DNA of 64,000 nt from a virus: positions 1-64,000 of the IMG/VR virus record IMGVR_UViG_3300042402_002841; one strand, given 5' to 3'. Both the position numbers and the translations under genes were made by a program. Below are positions 49,001 through 58,646 of this stretch, piece by piece. Positions within the stretch are counted from its first letter, which is position 1. The number at the start of each line of letters is the position of its first letter. The notes beneath the pieces are model-generated. The model was not told the DNA's origin. It saw nothing but the letters and a program-made list of their open reading frames with translations, and ran no database searches.

Positions 49001-51385
49001 TTATTCTTCATCTTCAATTGCATCTAGTAATTCTTTTATTTCTTCCTCTGACATTTTTGCAATTTCTTCTAGAGTAAACCCCTCGTTTGTTAGTTTTGAA
49101 ATTTCCATTTCTGAAAATCCAATTTTTTTAGCAATTTCTTCTATTGTTACTTTGTCAGTTTCAATGCTAAATCTTCCAGATGTTAACTCTTCAAATCTTG
49201 ATTCACCATTTGGTCCGTCAATCGGCGCTTTGGCAAACAATTTTTCTAAAACTTTAGGGTCGCTTGACAAAACCAGTTGTCTTAAATTTTTTGTATATCT
49301 TTTATCTGTTATTTTCTTTTTGTCAACATCTACGCCAAGAATCCATAATATGTCACCAACAATAGGGATGCCAGGCTTTCCTAGCCTTGATTGATGTGTA
49401 TTTGTTCTACCAGATTTATACTTCATAAATGGCAAAACTTTTTCCTTAAAGAACTTTTGTATTTCGCTTCCTTCTGGAAAAGAAACCTTTATAACAGGAC
49501 CGTATTCAACTGTGAACCCAGCGTTTTCTAGTCCCTTATATGCTTCGGCACCTGTGTAGGTGGAGGCGAGACCGCTACGACTATTTCCGTTTGCTGTTTC
49601 AACCCATCTATCTGCCCATTTTTTACCACCAGCAAACTCTTCAAACTTTCTGCTGTCAAATACCTCAAAATCTTCATCTCTTACTTTTTTGGCAATAAGT
49701 TTTGGTGAAGAGCCTTCTGGTATATCGTTATCCCAGAGATAAAATTCATCAAGTAAATCTTCTTCAAAAGCAGAACTTATAATTCTTGGAAGTGTGGCAG
49801 CCATATGGGATGTGTTATCTGGTATGTATCTACCTGTTTCTTCTGTTCTTTTTCTTATTCTTTGTGAGGCAACTCTTTGTGGAACATGAACCCAATGACC
49901 TCTTACCGACTCGCCTCGCGACCTGGCTTCTCTCATATGTTGAATTTGACGACGCGCTCCAGCACCCATGATTACCATGTTTAAATTATCGGCTGCTGAG
50001 TCGGATATAACTTTGTCTGTAACTACCTGAGACTCCCTGTGTACGGCACCTGCGCCAGCACCATCGTTGTATCCAACAAGTCCTTTTTTAATAAAATCAG
50101 GGTCAATAACCGCCGCTTCTTCGGAAGAAGGAACTAAACCTTTAGGAACCAGGTGTCCATCAAAGACAGTGCTTTTACCAGAACCTGTGTTTCCACCAAT
50201 AATGTAGGTCACTCTCTGTTCGCTGCCATCATTCTTGGATTTAACCATGCTTCTGATAATTTTACCCATTGCTCTTCCACCTAGATTTCTAAATGGATTT
50301 GTTGGGCTTGCTTCTGGATTGTTTAGCCCATCAATGGTTACAGATTTTTGCGGTTTCGTCATTCGTTGTGGGCCTCTTCTTTGGCCTGCAACAGTTGTTC
50401 CAGTTCTTGATGCTAAGCCAGAAGCATTCCCAGGACCATCATATGCCCCAATTGGTTCTGCCCTAAAGTCATCAATTTCCGAAGGAGACATTGATGACAT
50501 CCACTTTCTAATGGCGGAAATTTCTGAATTATCAAATTCTCTGTCTTGCACTTTCGGTTGACCAGAGGGGGGCTTTGGCGCGCCAGGAACATTAGGTCTT
50601 TCAAATGGCGTTCCATCTTGCAGTAAGCCGTCTTCATCTCCGTCAAAAGCATTAGGGTCAAATCGTGCAGAAACAAATCTTGCGGTATTACGCAGTTTGG
50701 GGCCTAGAGATTTTCCAAGCAGTTCTTCTGGAATGCTTTTTTTTCTTCTTTTTAATTCTTCGCGAACAACAGTTCTTACAACAGTGTTTCTTTTTTTTCC
50801 TTGATTTAATCTGCCAAGTGCAGTCATTCCCGTAAGATTGTTGTAATCACTCAAGTTTGTGCATGGCATCCAAACGGTTTTGCCACCTTTTGACATCCTT
50901 CTGCTAACACCAATACATCCAAGTTGTCGTGACCTTTTGCGAGCAGATTCAATATCAACAAAAACATCTGGGTCATTGTCTCTAGGCATATAAGCAGGCT
51001 GAATGCTCTTTGTTGACATATTGGGAGGAGTAGTGTTCCCGTATGTCATTGGTGGAATACTTCCTCCGCTTATTGCGTTTGCAGATGTCCTTGAGTTCCC
51101 AGAAACAAGCCCACCGCCTTCAAGAGTGTCAATACCGAGAATTCTTCGTTCTCTTAATTTTTCCCATCTTTTTTTGCGCTTCTTGCCTTTTGCTTTTCTT
51201 GCCGAAGACCATTTTTGAACATCGTCAAGAGACATTCTTGACTTTATTTCATTTGTCAGAATTAAAAATTGCTTAGTTGAAGAGCATGGCATCCATTCTC
51301 CAGTAGGCAATCTATGGGCACCAAAACATCCAAGTTCAGCAGATGCTCTTACTGCTGCAATCTGTTTAGAAAGTTCGCTTTCCAT
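49001..51385 (-). CDS. multidomain protein: two DUF3721-like repeats, DGDxDG tag, zeta-toxin-like P-loop kinase
   Basis: LGC.G...WMPC twice; GGNTGSGKST, IDPDFIK, VHRES, R..R...GR motifs; kinase module flanked by GLAS. Confidence 0.75.
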   Translation of the reverse strand: MESELSKQIAAVRASAELGCFGAHRLPTGEWMPCSSTKQFLILTNEIKSRMSLDDVQKWSSARKAKGKKRKKRWEKLRERRILGIDTLEGGGLVSGNSRTSANAISGGSIPPMTYGNTTPPNMSTKSIQPAYMPRDNDPDVFVDIESARKRSRQLGCIGVSRRMSKGGKTVWMPCTNLSDYNNLTGMTALGRLNQGKKRNTVVRTVVREELKRRKKSIPEELLGKSLGPKLRNTARFVSARFDPNAFDGDEDGLLQDGTPFERPNVPGAPKPPSGQPKVQDREFDNSEISAIRKWMSSMSPSEIDDFRAEPIGAYDGPGNASGLASRTGTTVAGQRRGPQRMTKPQKSVTIDGLNNPEASPTNPFRNLGGRAMGKIIRSMVKSKNDGSEQRVTYIIGGNTGSGKSTVFDGHLVPKGLVPSSEEAAVIDPDFIKKGLVGYNDGAGAGAVHRESQVVTDKVISDSAADNLNMVIMGAGARRQIQHMREARSRGESVRGHWVHVPQRVASQRIRKRTEETGRYIPDNTSHMAATLPRIISSAFEEDLLDEFYLWDNDIPEGSSPKLIAKKVRDEDFEVFDSRKFEEFAGGKKWADRWVETANGNSRSGLASTYTGAEAYKGLENAGFTVEYGPVIKVSFPEGSEIQKFFKEKVLPFMKYKSGRTNTHQSRLGKPGIPIVGDILWILGVDVDKKKITDKRYTKNLRQLVLSSDPKVLEKLFAKAPIDGPNGESRFEELTSGRFSIETDKVTIEEIAKKIGFSEMEISKLTNEGFTLEEIAKMSEEEIKELLDAIEDEE

Positions 51386-51744
51386 TACAGGACACCAAAT
51401 GGGACTCCAGGAGAATCTTCGTCAAGTCCTTCTAACTCAAGAGCCTTTTCAAATGCTTCTACTTTTCCCTCATAGTCTTTTCCGTATCTTTTTTGATACA
51501 AACGAGCCTCTTCTATGTCATCTTCCCATTTGACATTAACAGTAGAAAACATTCTTTCAAATGCGTCTTCGTCTCCAGAACGCATCTTTGAAATGATTCT
51601 TTGTTCTTCTTTTAAAACATCATCCATAAACCCGTCACGCTTTTTGCGCGAGATGGTAAAAGGAGGAAAATCCATATATGAACTGTATTCTTCATGCTTT
51701 GTTTTCCACAAATCAAGTTGTTCTTTTGAGTATTTATTTTCCAT
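51385..51744 (-). CDS. small acidic protein
   Basis: Coupled ORF between two kinase-module genes. Confidence 0.65.
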   Translation of the reverse strand: MENKYSKEQLDLWKTKHEEYSSYMDFPPFTISRKKRDGFMDDVLKEEQRIISKMRSGDEDAFERMFSTVNVKWEDDIEEARLYQKRYGKDYEGKVEAFEKALELEGLDEDSPGVPFGVL

Positions 51745-51749
51745 TTTAA

Positions 51750-54700
51750 CTACTTCTTAACTCCAGTTCCCCATGTTTGGACCAGATAGTCTCTTCTTGC
51801 TATAAGAGTATCTGCCAAATTCTTTGCTTCCGCACTGTCTGTTACGACATCGTTAACCATTTTTCTAATATCTGCGTCAGAAAGTGCTCCAATTGATGCT
51901 ACTTGTCTAGCGATTTCTTGCGCTGGAATATCGCTAAAGTACATGGCACCCAAAGAATTAATGCCTGGAGCACGCAATGACTCCATTTCTCCAACTATTG
52001 GTCCAAACGCTGAGCCCTTTGAATCACCTCTTGCTCGGAAAAGACCAGCACCACCAGTATCAATGATGTACGCCTCCCCATCTGCGCCCATCTTAATATT
52101 GTCGCCATTGCCAGTACCGTCCCAGTTAGCCAACCATGCGCTTGCTACAAAAGTATCTTGAACAGACTTCTTCCACTTAGGATTTCTAACCTCGGCGCTA
52201 TGATTAACGCTCCTTGAACCATCAAGCCATTCACTAAATACGCCTGGTCCAGATGATTGACCCGAAATGTGTGCAGTTCCTCCGCTATTTTTCGCAGCGC
52301 GGACACCTAGTCTTTCGTAAAGTTTTGACATCAGAACCTCGTTTTCAGCATGAAGTTGTGATTTTTGTTTCTTTACATAGAATTTTTTTCCATTTGGGTC
52401 TTCAAATTCTGCCCCAGGCTGAGAACCGCCTTGAGGCCCTACCTGTTTCCATGACTTGTTGTCAAGACTGCCAGAAGAACCGCCACCTTTGCGACTAGAT
52501 TTTTTCACCTTGGTCTTTTTATCAGTTGCTTTAACACGCTCGCCCTTGCCAACCTTCTTGATATCAGCAAGAATCATTGGCTGATTTACTGCAACCATTG
52601 CGCCTCTGTTGTGCATAACAATTCTTCCATCTCCAAACCCAAAGTCAATTCCATCGTATCCCAGAAATCCAGCATGAACAGTTGCGTCAGCATCGGCCAT
52701 TCTGTTTAAAAATTTCAAAGTCTCAATCGCTTGGTCTTTTTTAGCCGTTTCCTTGGGGCCAACTGTTTTCATCCAACTGAATACGCCTTGGTAAAGTTTG
52801 CCCCATTCCGTATTCCACACATCACTATCTGCTGGAATCATTTTACTAAGCGTCTCTTCAATTTCTTGAGCAAGTTCTTGAGCGTTGAGTTCTTTGTCCC
52901 ATCTTCCGCCGCTTCCAGGCCCAGTTATATATGCATCAACAGCATTGTTTAAGATTCTATGGTGCTCTCTGAAAGAATTTGCTTGAGCGCTTGTTGCTAT
53001 TCTGTCTTTTTTAACCATTCCTATAACGCCGTCAGCCTGTTTTCCGTCTTTACCACCGAAGTATGATTCCCATCCGCCGTCTTGATATGACCAGTATTCT
53101 CCAGCGCCAACAACTGCCATTCCTTGCCCTGGAACATGTCTTTTAGGACTGTTTAGCCAAATATCTGCGTAGGCTTCTTTTTCAAAGCCTCTTTTAATTG
53201 GAATCCATCCTTGTTCAATTAAGTCTGGAATTTCATCTTCTCTAATCCATGTTGGCAGCGCATTGTATGCGTTTCCGTTCCATAAACCCTTAAGTACTTT
53301 TTTGGCTCCCTCGTTTGTTACTACTGCTTCGCCTTTTGCACCCTTTCTCTTGGAAACTTTAAATTTTCCTGACATTCCAGCAAGAATTGAAACTGCTTTA
53401 TCATCAATAACAATAGAACCATCTGGTTTTCTAAATGCGTGAAAATTCTTATTAAGCGTTGAGTTTACTTTTGACTCAATTGCTTCAGCATCTCGTCTTT
53501 TCTTAACATTGAGAAGGAATTGGTTTTTGGCTCTTCTTATTCTTCTCTTTAATGGAGAAGCCTTATCTGATGCCTCTTCAATGTCTTCAACAGCAACACC
53601 TCTACCAGTCTTGCGAAGTCTTCTTCTTTCGGCTCTTTCTGGATTTGGTCGGGTAATTCTTCTTGCAAAGTCGGCAAGTTTAGTATCGGCTTTTTTTCCG
53701 AGTCTTGCTTTTTGTCTTTTTGCTCCGCCAACTTCTTCAAAAATTGTTGAAGGTTCACCAGTTGGCAATGCTTGCTTTACCTCTTCATAATTGCCTTTTT
53801 TGGCTGTTGGTATCTTTTTGCCAAAAGATTTTTGTCTAGTTTCTGGATGCAAGTGCTCAAGCAATGACCAGTCATCACTTTTTTGCATTTGGTCAAATGT
53901 TCTTAAATCATCAAGAGCCTTTTGTTCTCTTTCAAAATCTTTTTTAAGTTTATCTATTTTTTTCTGAATCTTTGGTGCTTCTTCAGGGCTTGCGCTTGAA
54001 AGAGTACCTTCAAGTCTTGATACTTCAAGACGCACATCATCTGAGGCATCTTCAATTGCTAAAGTTAAAGAAGTAAGAGCCTCTCCAGCGATTCTTGAAT
54101 CTTGTGACCATTCTTTTCCATCAGCATCTATTGCCGCAGTTTTCTTTTGTTTAGTGTTTTGCGAAAGAAAAGAAGACCACCAATCACCGTTTCTCTTCTT
54201 GATATCTTCCATCAGGTCTTGATATGCCTGTTTTGTGTTTTTTTCTACAACATCTTTTTGTTCTGGTGTCAAAGATTCCCACAACTGGCCATCTTTGTCA
54301 TCAACTCTGTCACGACCAGGAGTGCCTTTTAATTTTGACTTCTTCTTTGCTTTTGAACTTCTTGAAGCAAGACCGTCTACTTGTCTTTGTGTTCTTGCGG
54401 TTGAAACACGGGAACGCATACCAGACTGACCAGGCTTTTTTGCGCCAGAAGGTCTATTCTGAAGAACATTGACAACATCCGACATGAAATCTTCCATGTT
54501 TTCGTATTCACCATTATCAAAATCGTCAATATGTTCGTTGATTCTATCTTTCTGGTTTTTAGTTAATTTTGTTGACCCATCAGAACCACGGGAATTAACT
54601 AGAGAACGCAAGTCATCTGATGTTGATTTTTTGGACAGGACATCCCTGACCATATCTGTAATTTCTTTATTTGCTTGTGTTCTTGATGCAAGACCAGACC

Positions 54701-55646
54701 TGTTGGCATCAGAAGGGCTAGATGTTACGGTTCTTTGGGCGTTCTGTCCTCTGGTTCTTTTCGCAGCACCTGCACCAGCCTCCCTCAGTACACTGCGAAC
54801 ATCAACACGACCACCAGTAGAGCGGTCATTTACGCCAGGAATAGCGGGTCTTTGGTATGGGGTTCCTTCTTGAACTAGGCCGTCACCGTCTCCGTCCCAT
54901 GCTTTGGGGTCAAAATTACCTGCCCTTCTTGCAAGCCTTGCAGCGCCACCAATTCTTTGGCCAATACCTTTTTGCTCAAGGGATTCTCCAAGGCTCTTCG
55001 TTTCAAGACCGTAGATAACTCCAATGTTTTTTCTTTCATCAGTTTGAATAATTGCGTTCTTTAACTTAATGCCCAATCTTCTTTCTGTTGAGCGACCTAA
55101 GTTGTTGTCAATTCTTTGTCTAAGTGATTTAATTTCCGCTTTTGAAGGCATTGAGTTATACATTGATTTTTCAAAGTTGAATGCGTAATTATTCGCTCTT
55201 GCCTCAAAAAGAAAACTACCTTCTTTGATTTGAGTTCTCATAGTAAGCGCCTTGTAATCAACTGCGCTTGAGTATTGAGTTGTTGTAAAATGACTTATCG
55301 GTGTGTCCATTACTGCTGGAACACGAGCACTATTATCTACTGAAAAAAAACCTTTATACAAATATGACTTTGATGAAAAAATGTCATTAGATGTAGATTC
55401 TTGATAACCAAGGGAATTAATTAAAGATTTTAATGAAATTTCGTTAATATTTTTAAATGGTCCTTGAATAACTCCAGCAGGAATTTGTGATGATTCAAGA
55501 CTTTTTGTATCAACAGAGTTTGCCCACTGTGCCCATTCTCTTCCAGCACCTTCAACTCCGTAGTGCCTAATGGACATACCATCTTTGACAACGATGGCAA
55601 ATTTTTCATTACGCAGAGCGTCAAATAGTATAGATACTTGTTTCAT
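51750..55646 (-). CDS. 1298-aa multidomain protein with C-terminal HipA/PI3K-like kinase domain
   Basis: GSQPG..FYVK..NEVL..LY..LG..WLANWD..DNI..IIDTGG; DGDGDG tag; two GLAS. Confidence 0.75.
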   Translation of the reverse strand: MKQVSILFDALRNEKFAIVVKDGMSIRHYGVEGAGREWAQWANSVDTKSLESSQIPAGVIQGPFKNINEISLKSLINSLGYQESTSNDIFSSKSYLYKGFFSVDNSARVPAVMDTPISHFTTTQYSSAVDYKALTMRTQIKEGSFLFEARANNYAFNFEKSMYNSMPSKAEIKSLRQRIDNNLGRSTERRLGIKLKNAIIQTDERKNIGVIYGLETKSLGESLEQKGIGQRIGGAARLARRAGNFDPKAWDGDGDGLVQEGTPYQRPAIPGVNDRSTGGRVDVRSVLREAGAGAAKRTRGQNAQRTVTSSPSDANRSGLASRTQANKEITDMVRDVLSKKSTSDDLRSLVNSRGSDGSTKLTKNQKDRINEHIDDFDNGEYENMEDFMSDVVNVLQNRPSGAKKPGQSGMRSRVSTARTQRQVDGLASRSSKAKKKSKLKGTPGRDRVDDKDGQLWESLTPEQKDVVEKNTKQAYQDLMEDIKKRNGDWWSSFLSQNTKQKKTAAIDADGKEWSQDSRIAGEALTSLTLAIEDASDDVRLEVSRLEGTLSSASPEEAPKIQKKIDKLKKDFEREQKALDDLRTFDQMQKSDDWSLLEHLHPETRQKSFGKKIPTAKKGNYEEVKQALPTGEPSTIFEEVGGAKRQKARLGKKADTKLADFARRITRPNPERAERRRLRKTGRGVAVEDIEEASDKASPLKRRIRRAKNQFLLNVKKRRDAEAIESKVNSTLNKNFHAFRKPDGSIVIDDKAVSILAGMSGKFKVSKRKGAKGEAVVTNEGAKKVLKGLWNGNAYNALPTWIREDEIPDLIEQGWIPIKRGFEKEAYADIWLNSPKRHVPGQGMAVVGAGEYWSYQDGGWESYFGGKDGKQADGVIGMVKKDRIATSAQANSFREHHRILNNAVDAYITGPGSGGRWDKELNAQELAQEIEETLSKMIPADSDVWNTEWGKLYQGVFSWMKTVGPKETAKKDQAIETLKFLNRMADADATVHAGFLGYDGIDFGFGDGRIVMHNRGAMVAVNQPMILADIKKVGKGERVKATDKKTKVKKSSRKGGGSSGSLDNKSWKQVGPQGGSQPGAEFEDPNGKKFYVKKQKSQLHAENEVLMSKLYERLGVRAAKNSGGTAHISGQSSGPGVFSEWLDGSRSVNHSAEVRNPKWKKSVQDTFVASAWLANWDGTGNGDNIKMGADGEAYIIDTGGAGLFRARGDSKGSAFGPIVGEMESLRAPGINSLGAMYFSDIPAQEIARQVASIGALSDADIRKMVNDVVTDSAEAKNLADTLIARRDYLVQTWGTGVKK

Positions 55647-57652
55647 TTTTTGGCTCCAAGAATGTCCATGAGTGTGTCTCTGCTGTCTGCGTATTTACGA
55701 ATTCTCATATCAAGAATTCTCCCAATAATATTTAAGTGGGCTTTTTCTGCGTCTGTTAATTTTCCATCGCTGTAAAGGCGATTTTTGAATTGTGTAAAAT
55801 TAAATTGTCTAGCCCTTAATAGTAGAGCGTCAATCTCTCTTCTAAAGGCAAATCTTTGCTCTTGTTTTAATTTTTGAAAATATGCGGCATATGTATCGCC
55901 GTTCGGTCCATCAAGAAATTCAGAAATTGCCAACTTTTGTCTCTCCACTATTTTTACATTGTCAAGGTCAGTAAGTCCAGATGTAAAGTTGTTGGTTACG
56001 ACTGGTTTTGTTTCCGAGCCATTAGAGAGTGAAATTATTGAACCTGGGTCTCTGACTCTTTGGTCCGTAAGCCAATCAGAAACAAGCATTTTTGCCACAT
56101 CTTGAGGTTTATAGTCTGACATGGTTTTTTTTCTATCAACATTAAAACCTCTAATAAGTGTTGACGGGTCCTCAACTAAATATTTTCTTTTTTCACCAGT
56201 TCCAACAAAAAAGACATCTGGAGAATCAAGACCAAGATGCTGCTGCATATCTGATGCAAACTTTTGTCCAATATGTTCATACTTCATGGCTGGTGTGTAA
56301 AGAGTAAAACGAGACTTTGAAGGTGTTTCAAGTATTTCTCTTCTATTGTCAAGTTTTTGTTTTTTAAATACATTTGCTTTAGTTATTGCCTGCTGGAGGA
56401 TTGCGGGGTCAATATCTGCCAACGAGCGACCAGCAGTAATGTGCTCAATTGCTTCCGCAATACTTGTAATTTCCTTGCCAATTGCAGAATCTGAATCTGT
56501 TTCTCTGTCTGCATTTGTTTTTGGCTTGGCTTTTCTTCCTTTCCCAAATAATTCATCAGCCCATTTTGGAATGGCTTTTCCGCCTGGTTTTGAAACAACA
56601 TCATTTGGATTTTTGATATTTGTAAAGTTTTCTGAGTACCCAATACCATCGCCAGTTTGAAGAACAACTTCTTTTAACCTTGCTGTTGGGTCTTTAGAAA
56701 TATCAATTTGTGCAGCAGAGTTTACTGTTCTTCCAAGTTTTCTTCTTTCACCAACTGTTAACTGTCTTTTTTTCTCAAGAGATAGCGTGGAGCCACCAGG
56801 TAAAACATATGTAAGTTTTGTTACTCCAGTATTTGAAAGAAGACCAAGTTCCTGACCTCCAAGTTGAGGTAAATCTTGAACAGTTAAGATAAAGTCGGCA
56901 CCTTCCATATCCCTGTTGTCTGGAATCGCTCTGAGAACTTGCGCTGGAACTACTGGTTCCAGAACAAAGCCGTCTCTTCTAACCATTCTTGTAATTGGTT
57001 CACTAACTTGACCCATTTGAGAAACAATATTTTTTGCTGCGCTTGCTTTCGCTGCTGGGTTTGGGTTTCCAACTCTTGGAATCTGCGGTCTTCTTGACTG
57101 CACTATTGACTCTGGCGCAGTTTCTCCCGTAATTGGCGTTGAAGCACCAGCAGTTACTGCACGAGCACCACGAGCAAGCCTTCTTAAAGCACCGATAGCG
57201 GCTCCGAGTGGCGAAGGAATGTCAAACAATTTTTGTCCACACGACGAATATCTACTATCAGTAAATCTTCCACCGTACTGATAACCCTCTGGACATCTGT
57301 GTGTTCTATTTGTCCCCCCAGTGCCGCCAGGAATTCTTGGTTTACCAGGAGTAATTGCGCCCCACAAACCAGAACGAATCGGACTTCTAATTGGACTCAG
57401 GTTTCCTGGTGTGGCAGCAGAAACAACAGATTGCGCCGCTTGTCCTATGGTGGAGTGGGTTCCAAGAAGACCAACTTTTACTTCATAATTTCTTGTTAAA
57501 CCTGAACGCTTTGCTAACGCTTTAAATTCAATAATGTTTTGATTTCCATTTAAGCGCATGCGGATTACAGGGTTTGCCCTTTGAGCACTTTTAGAAGATA
57601 GTAAAGTCACCCTTCTTCTAATAAAAGAAATTTCAGAACCGTTCAACAGCAT
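55643..57652 (-). CDS. head-module protein with degenerate kinase-like C-terminus
   Basis: RCPEGYQYGGRFTD motif; HLGLDSPDV..DWL..RDPGSI; start uncertain. Confidence 0.6.
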   Translation of the reverse strand: MLLNGSEISFIRRRVTLLSSKSAQRANPVIRMRLNGNQNIIEFKALAKRSGLTRNYEVKVGLLGTHSTIGQAAQSVVSAATPGNLSPIRSPIRSGLWGAITPGKPRIPGGTGGTNRTHRCPEGYQYGGRFTDSRYSSCGQKLFDIPSPLGAAIGALRRLARGARAVTAGASTPITGETAPESIVQSRRPQIPRVGNPNPAAKASAAKNIVSQMGQVSEPITRMVRRDGFVLEPVVPAQVLRAIPDNRDMEGADFILTVQDLPQLGGQELGLLSNTGVTKLTYVLPGGSTLSLEKKRQLTVGERRKLGRTVNSAAQIDISKDPTARLKEVVLQTGDGIGYSENFTNIKNPNDVVSKPGGKAIPKWADELFGKGRKAKPKTNADRETDSDSAIGKEITSIAEAIEHITAGRSLADIDPAILQQAITKANVFKKQKLDNRREILETPSKSRFTLYTPAMKYEHIGQKFASDMQQHLGLDSPDVFFVGTGEKRKYLVEDPSTLIRGFNVDRKKTMSDYKPQDVAKMLVSDWLTDQRVRDPGSIISLSNGSETKPVVTNNFTSGLTDLDNVKIVERQKLAISEFLDGPNGDTYAAYFQKLKQEQRFAFRREIDALLLRARQFNFTQFKNRLYSDGKLTDAEKAHLNIIGRILDMRIRKYADSRDTLMDILGAKK

Positions 57653-58239
57653 TCTCCGTCATTGCTTGTGTAGGGAAGAGATTTTGTCTCGCCATTATTA
57701 TCTTCGCCAACTATTTCCCAGTTTGAATCTTCTGATATAACTTTACAAAAGTTTGGTTCCATGTCTGAGAAATCTCTCATAACAAGTATTGCATGCTTTT
57801 CGTCTTCGTTTGTGACTACAGAATTTTCGTATTGTTCAACTTCTTCGGCTAATGATTTCTTTTTTGAACCAGACATTTTGCGAACTCTTTTACCGAATTC
57901 AGCATCAGACCAAATAGAACCACCCTTTACTCCTTTTAACTTTTTCTTACAATTCTTCATACCAGGATGGTGACAGCCTTCGTTGGGCCACAAGCCAGTA
58001 GTTTCATGATGCAACCATGCGCAGATATTATTGAGTGGATAAAGTTCTGGGTGGTCCGCAAGAATGACTTTACATCTGCGAAATCCACCTGGTTTTTTCA
58101 TGATTGGACGCCAGTAGCGAAGAAGTCTTTCAAGATTTCCTCTTCTGGGGCCACGGCCTTTAAGAACATCGCCAGTGAATTTTTCTTGCGGTAGGTCAAG
58201 CAGGATATCCTGTGGCGCTTTGTATTCATATTCGCTCAC
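57643..58239 (-). CDS. hypothetical Cys/His protein
   Basis: LLRYW..PGGFRRC..CAWLHHETTGLWP. Confidence 0.65.
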   Translation of the reverse strand: MSEYEYKAPQDILLDLPQEKFTGDVLKGRGPRRGNLERLLRYWRPIMKKPGGFRRCKVILADHPELYPLNNICAWLHHETTGLWPNEGCHHPGMKNCKKKLKGVKGGSIWSDAEFGKRVRKMSGSKKKSLAEEVEQYENSVVTNEDEKHAILVMRDFSDMEPNFCKVISEDSNWEIVGEDNNGETKSLPYTSNDGECC

Positions 58240-58646
58240 TGCCTACCAACCTTATTTCTAATAATGTTTAAATTCTGTGTATGTTTTAGAGTTTTGAATT
58301 CCATGGCTCTATGATTTATTGATTTTTCTTTTGCTTTAGATTTCATAACATCTCTTGAAATCGTTAAACCCGATGTCATTGACTTTTCTATTTCTTGATT
58401 TTTTCTCAAGAATATACGCTCCCATGTTTCTGGGTCTTCGCCAGAAGCCCCATCCCACAAGTAGTCATGAAATTTCCCTAAACGCAATGGTACTAGATTA
58501 TTGGCTTTCATGGCGGTTCGCCAAAAACTAACCACCCTTGGCTTAACTCCGTCGTCAAGAACTCCGTCTTTTTGTTCGTCTTTTGAATCAAGCAAATAGT
58601 AAAGATTTTTTTCACCGTCAATAGTTGCAACTAAAACAGCCTTCAT
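58236..58646 (-). CDS. hypothetical protein
   Basis: Coupled ORF. Confidence 0.65.
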   Translation of the reverse strand: MKAVLVATIDGEKNLYYLLDSKDEQKDGVLDDGVKPRVVSFWRTAMKANNLVPLRLGKFHDYLWDGASGEDPETWERIFLRKNQEIEKSMTSGLTISRDVMKSKAKEKSINHRAMEFKTLKHTQNLNIIRNKVGRQ

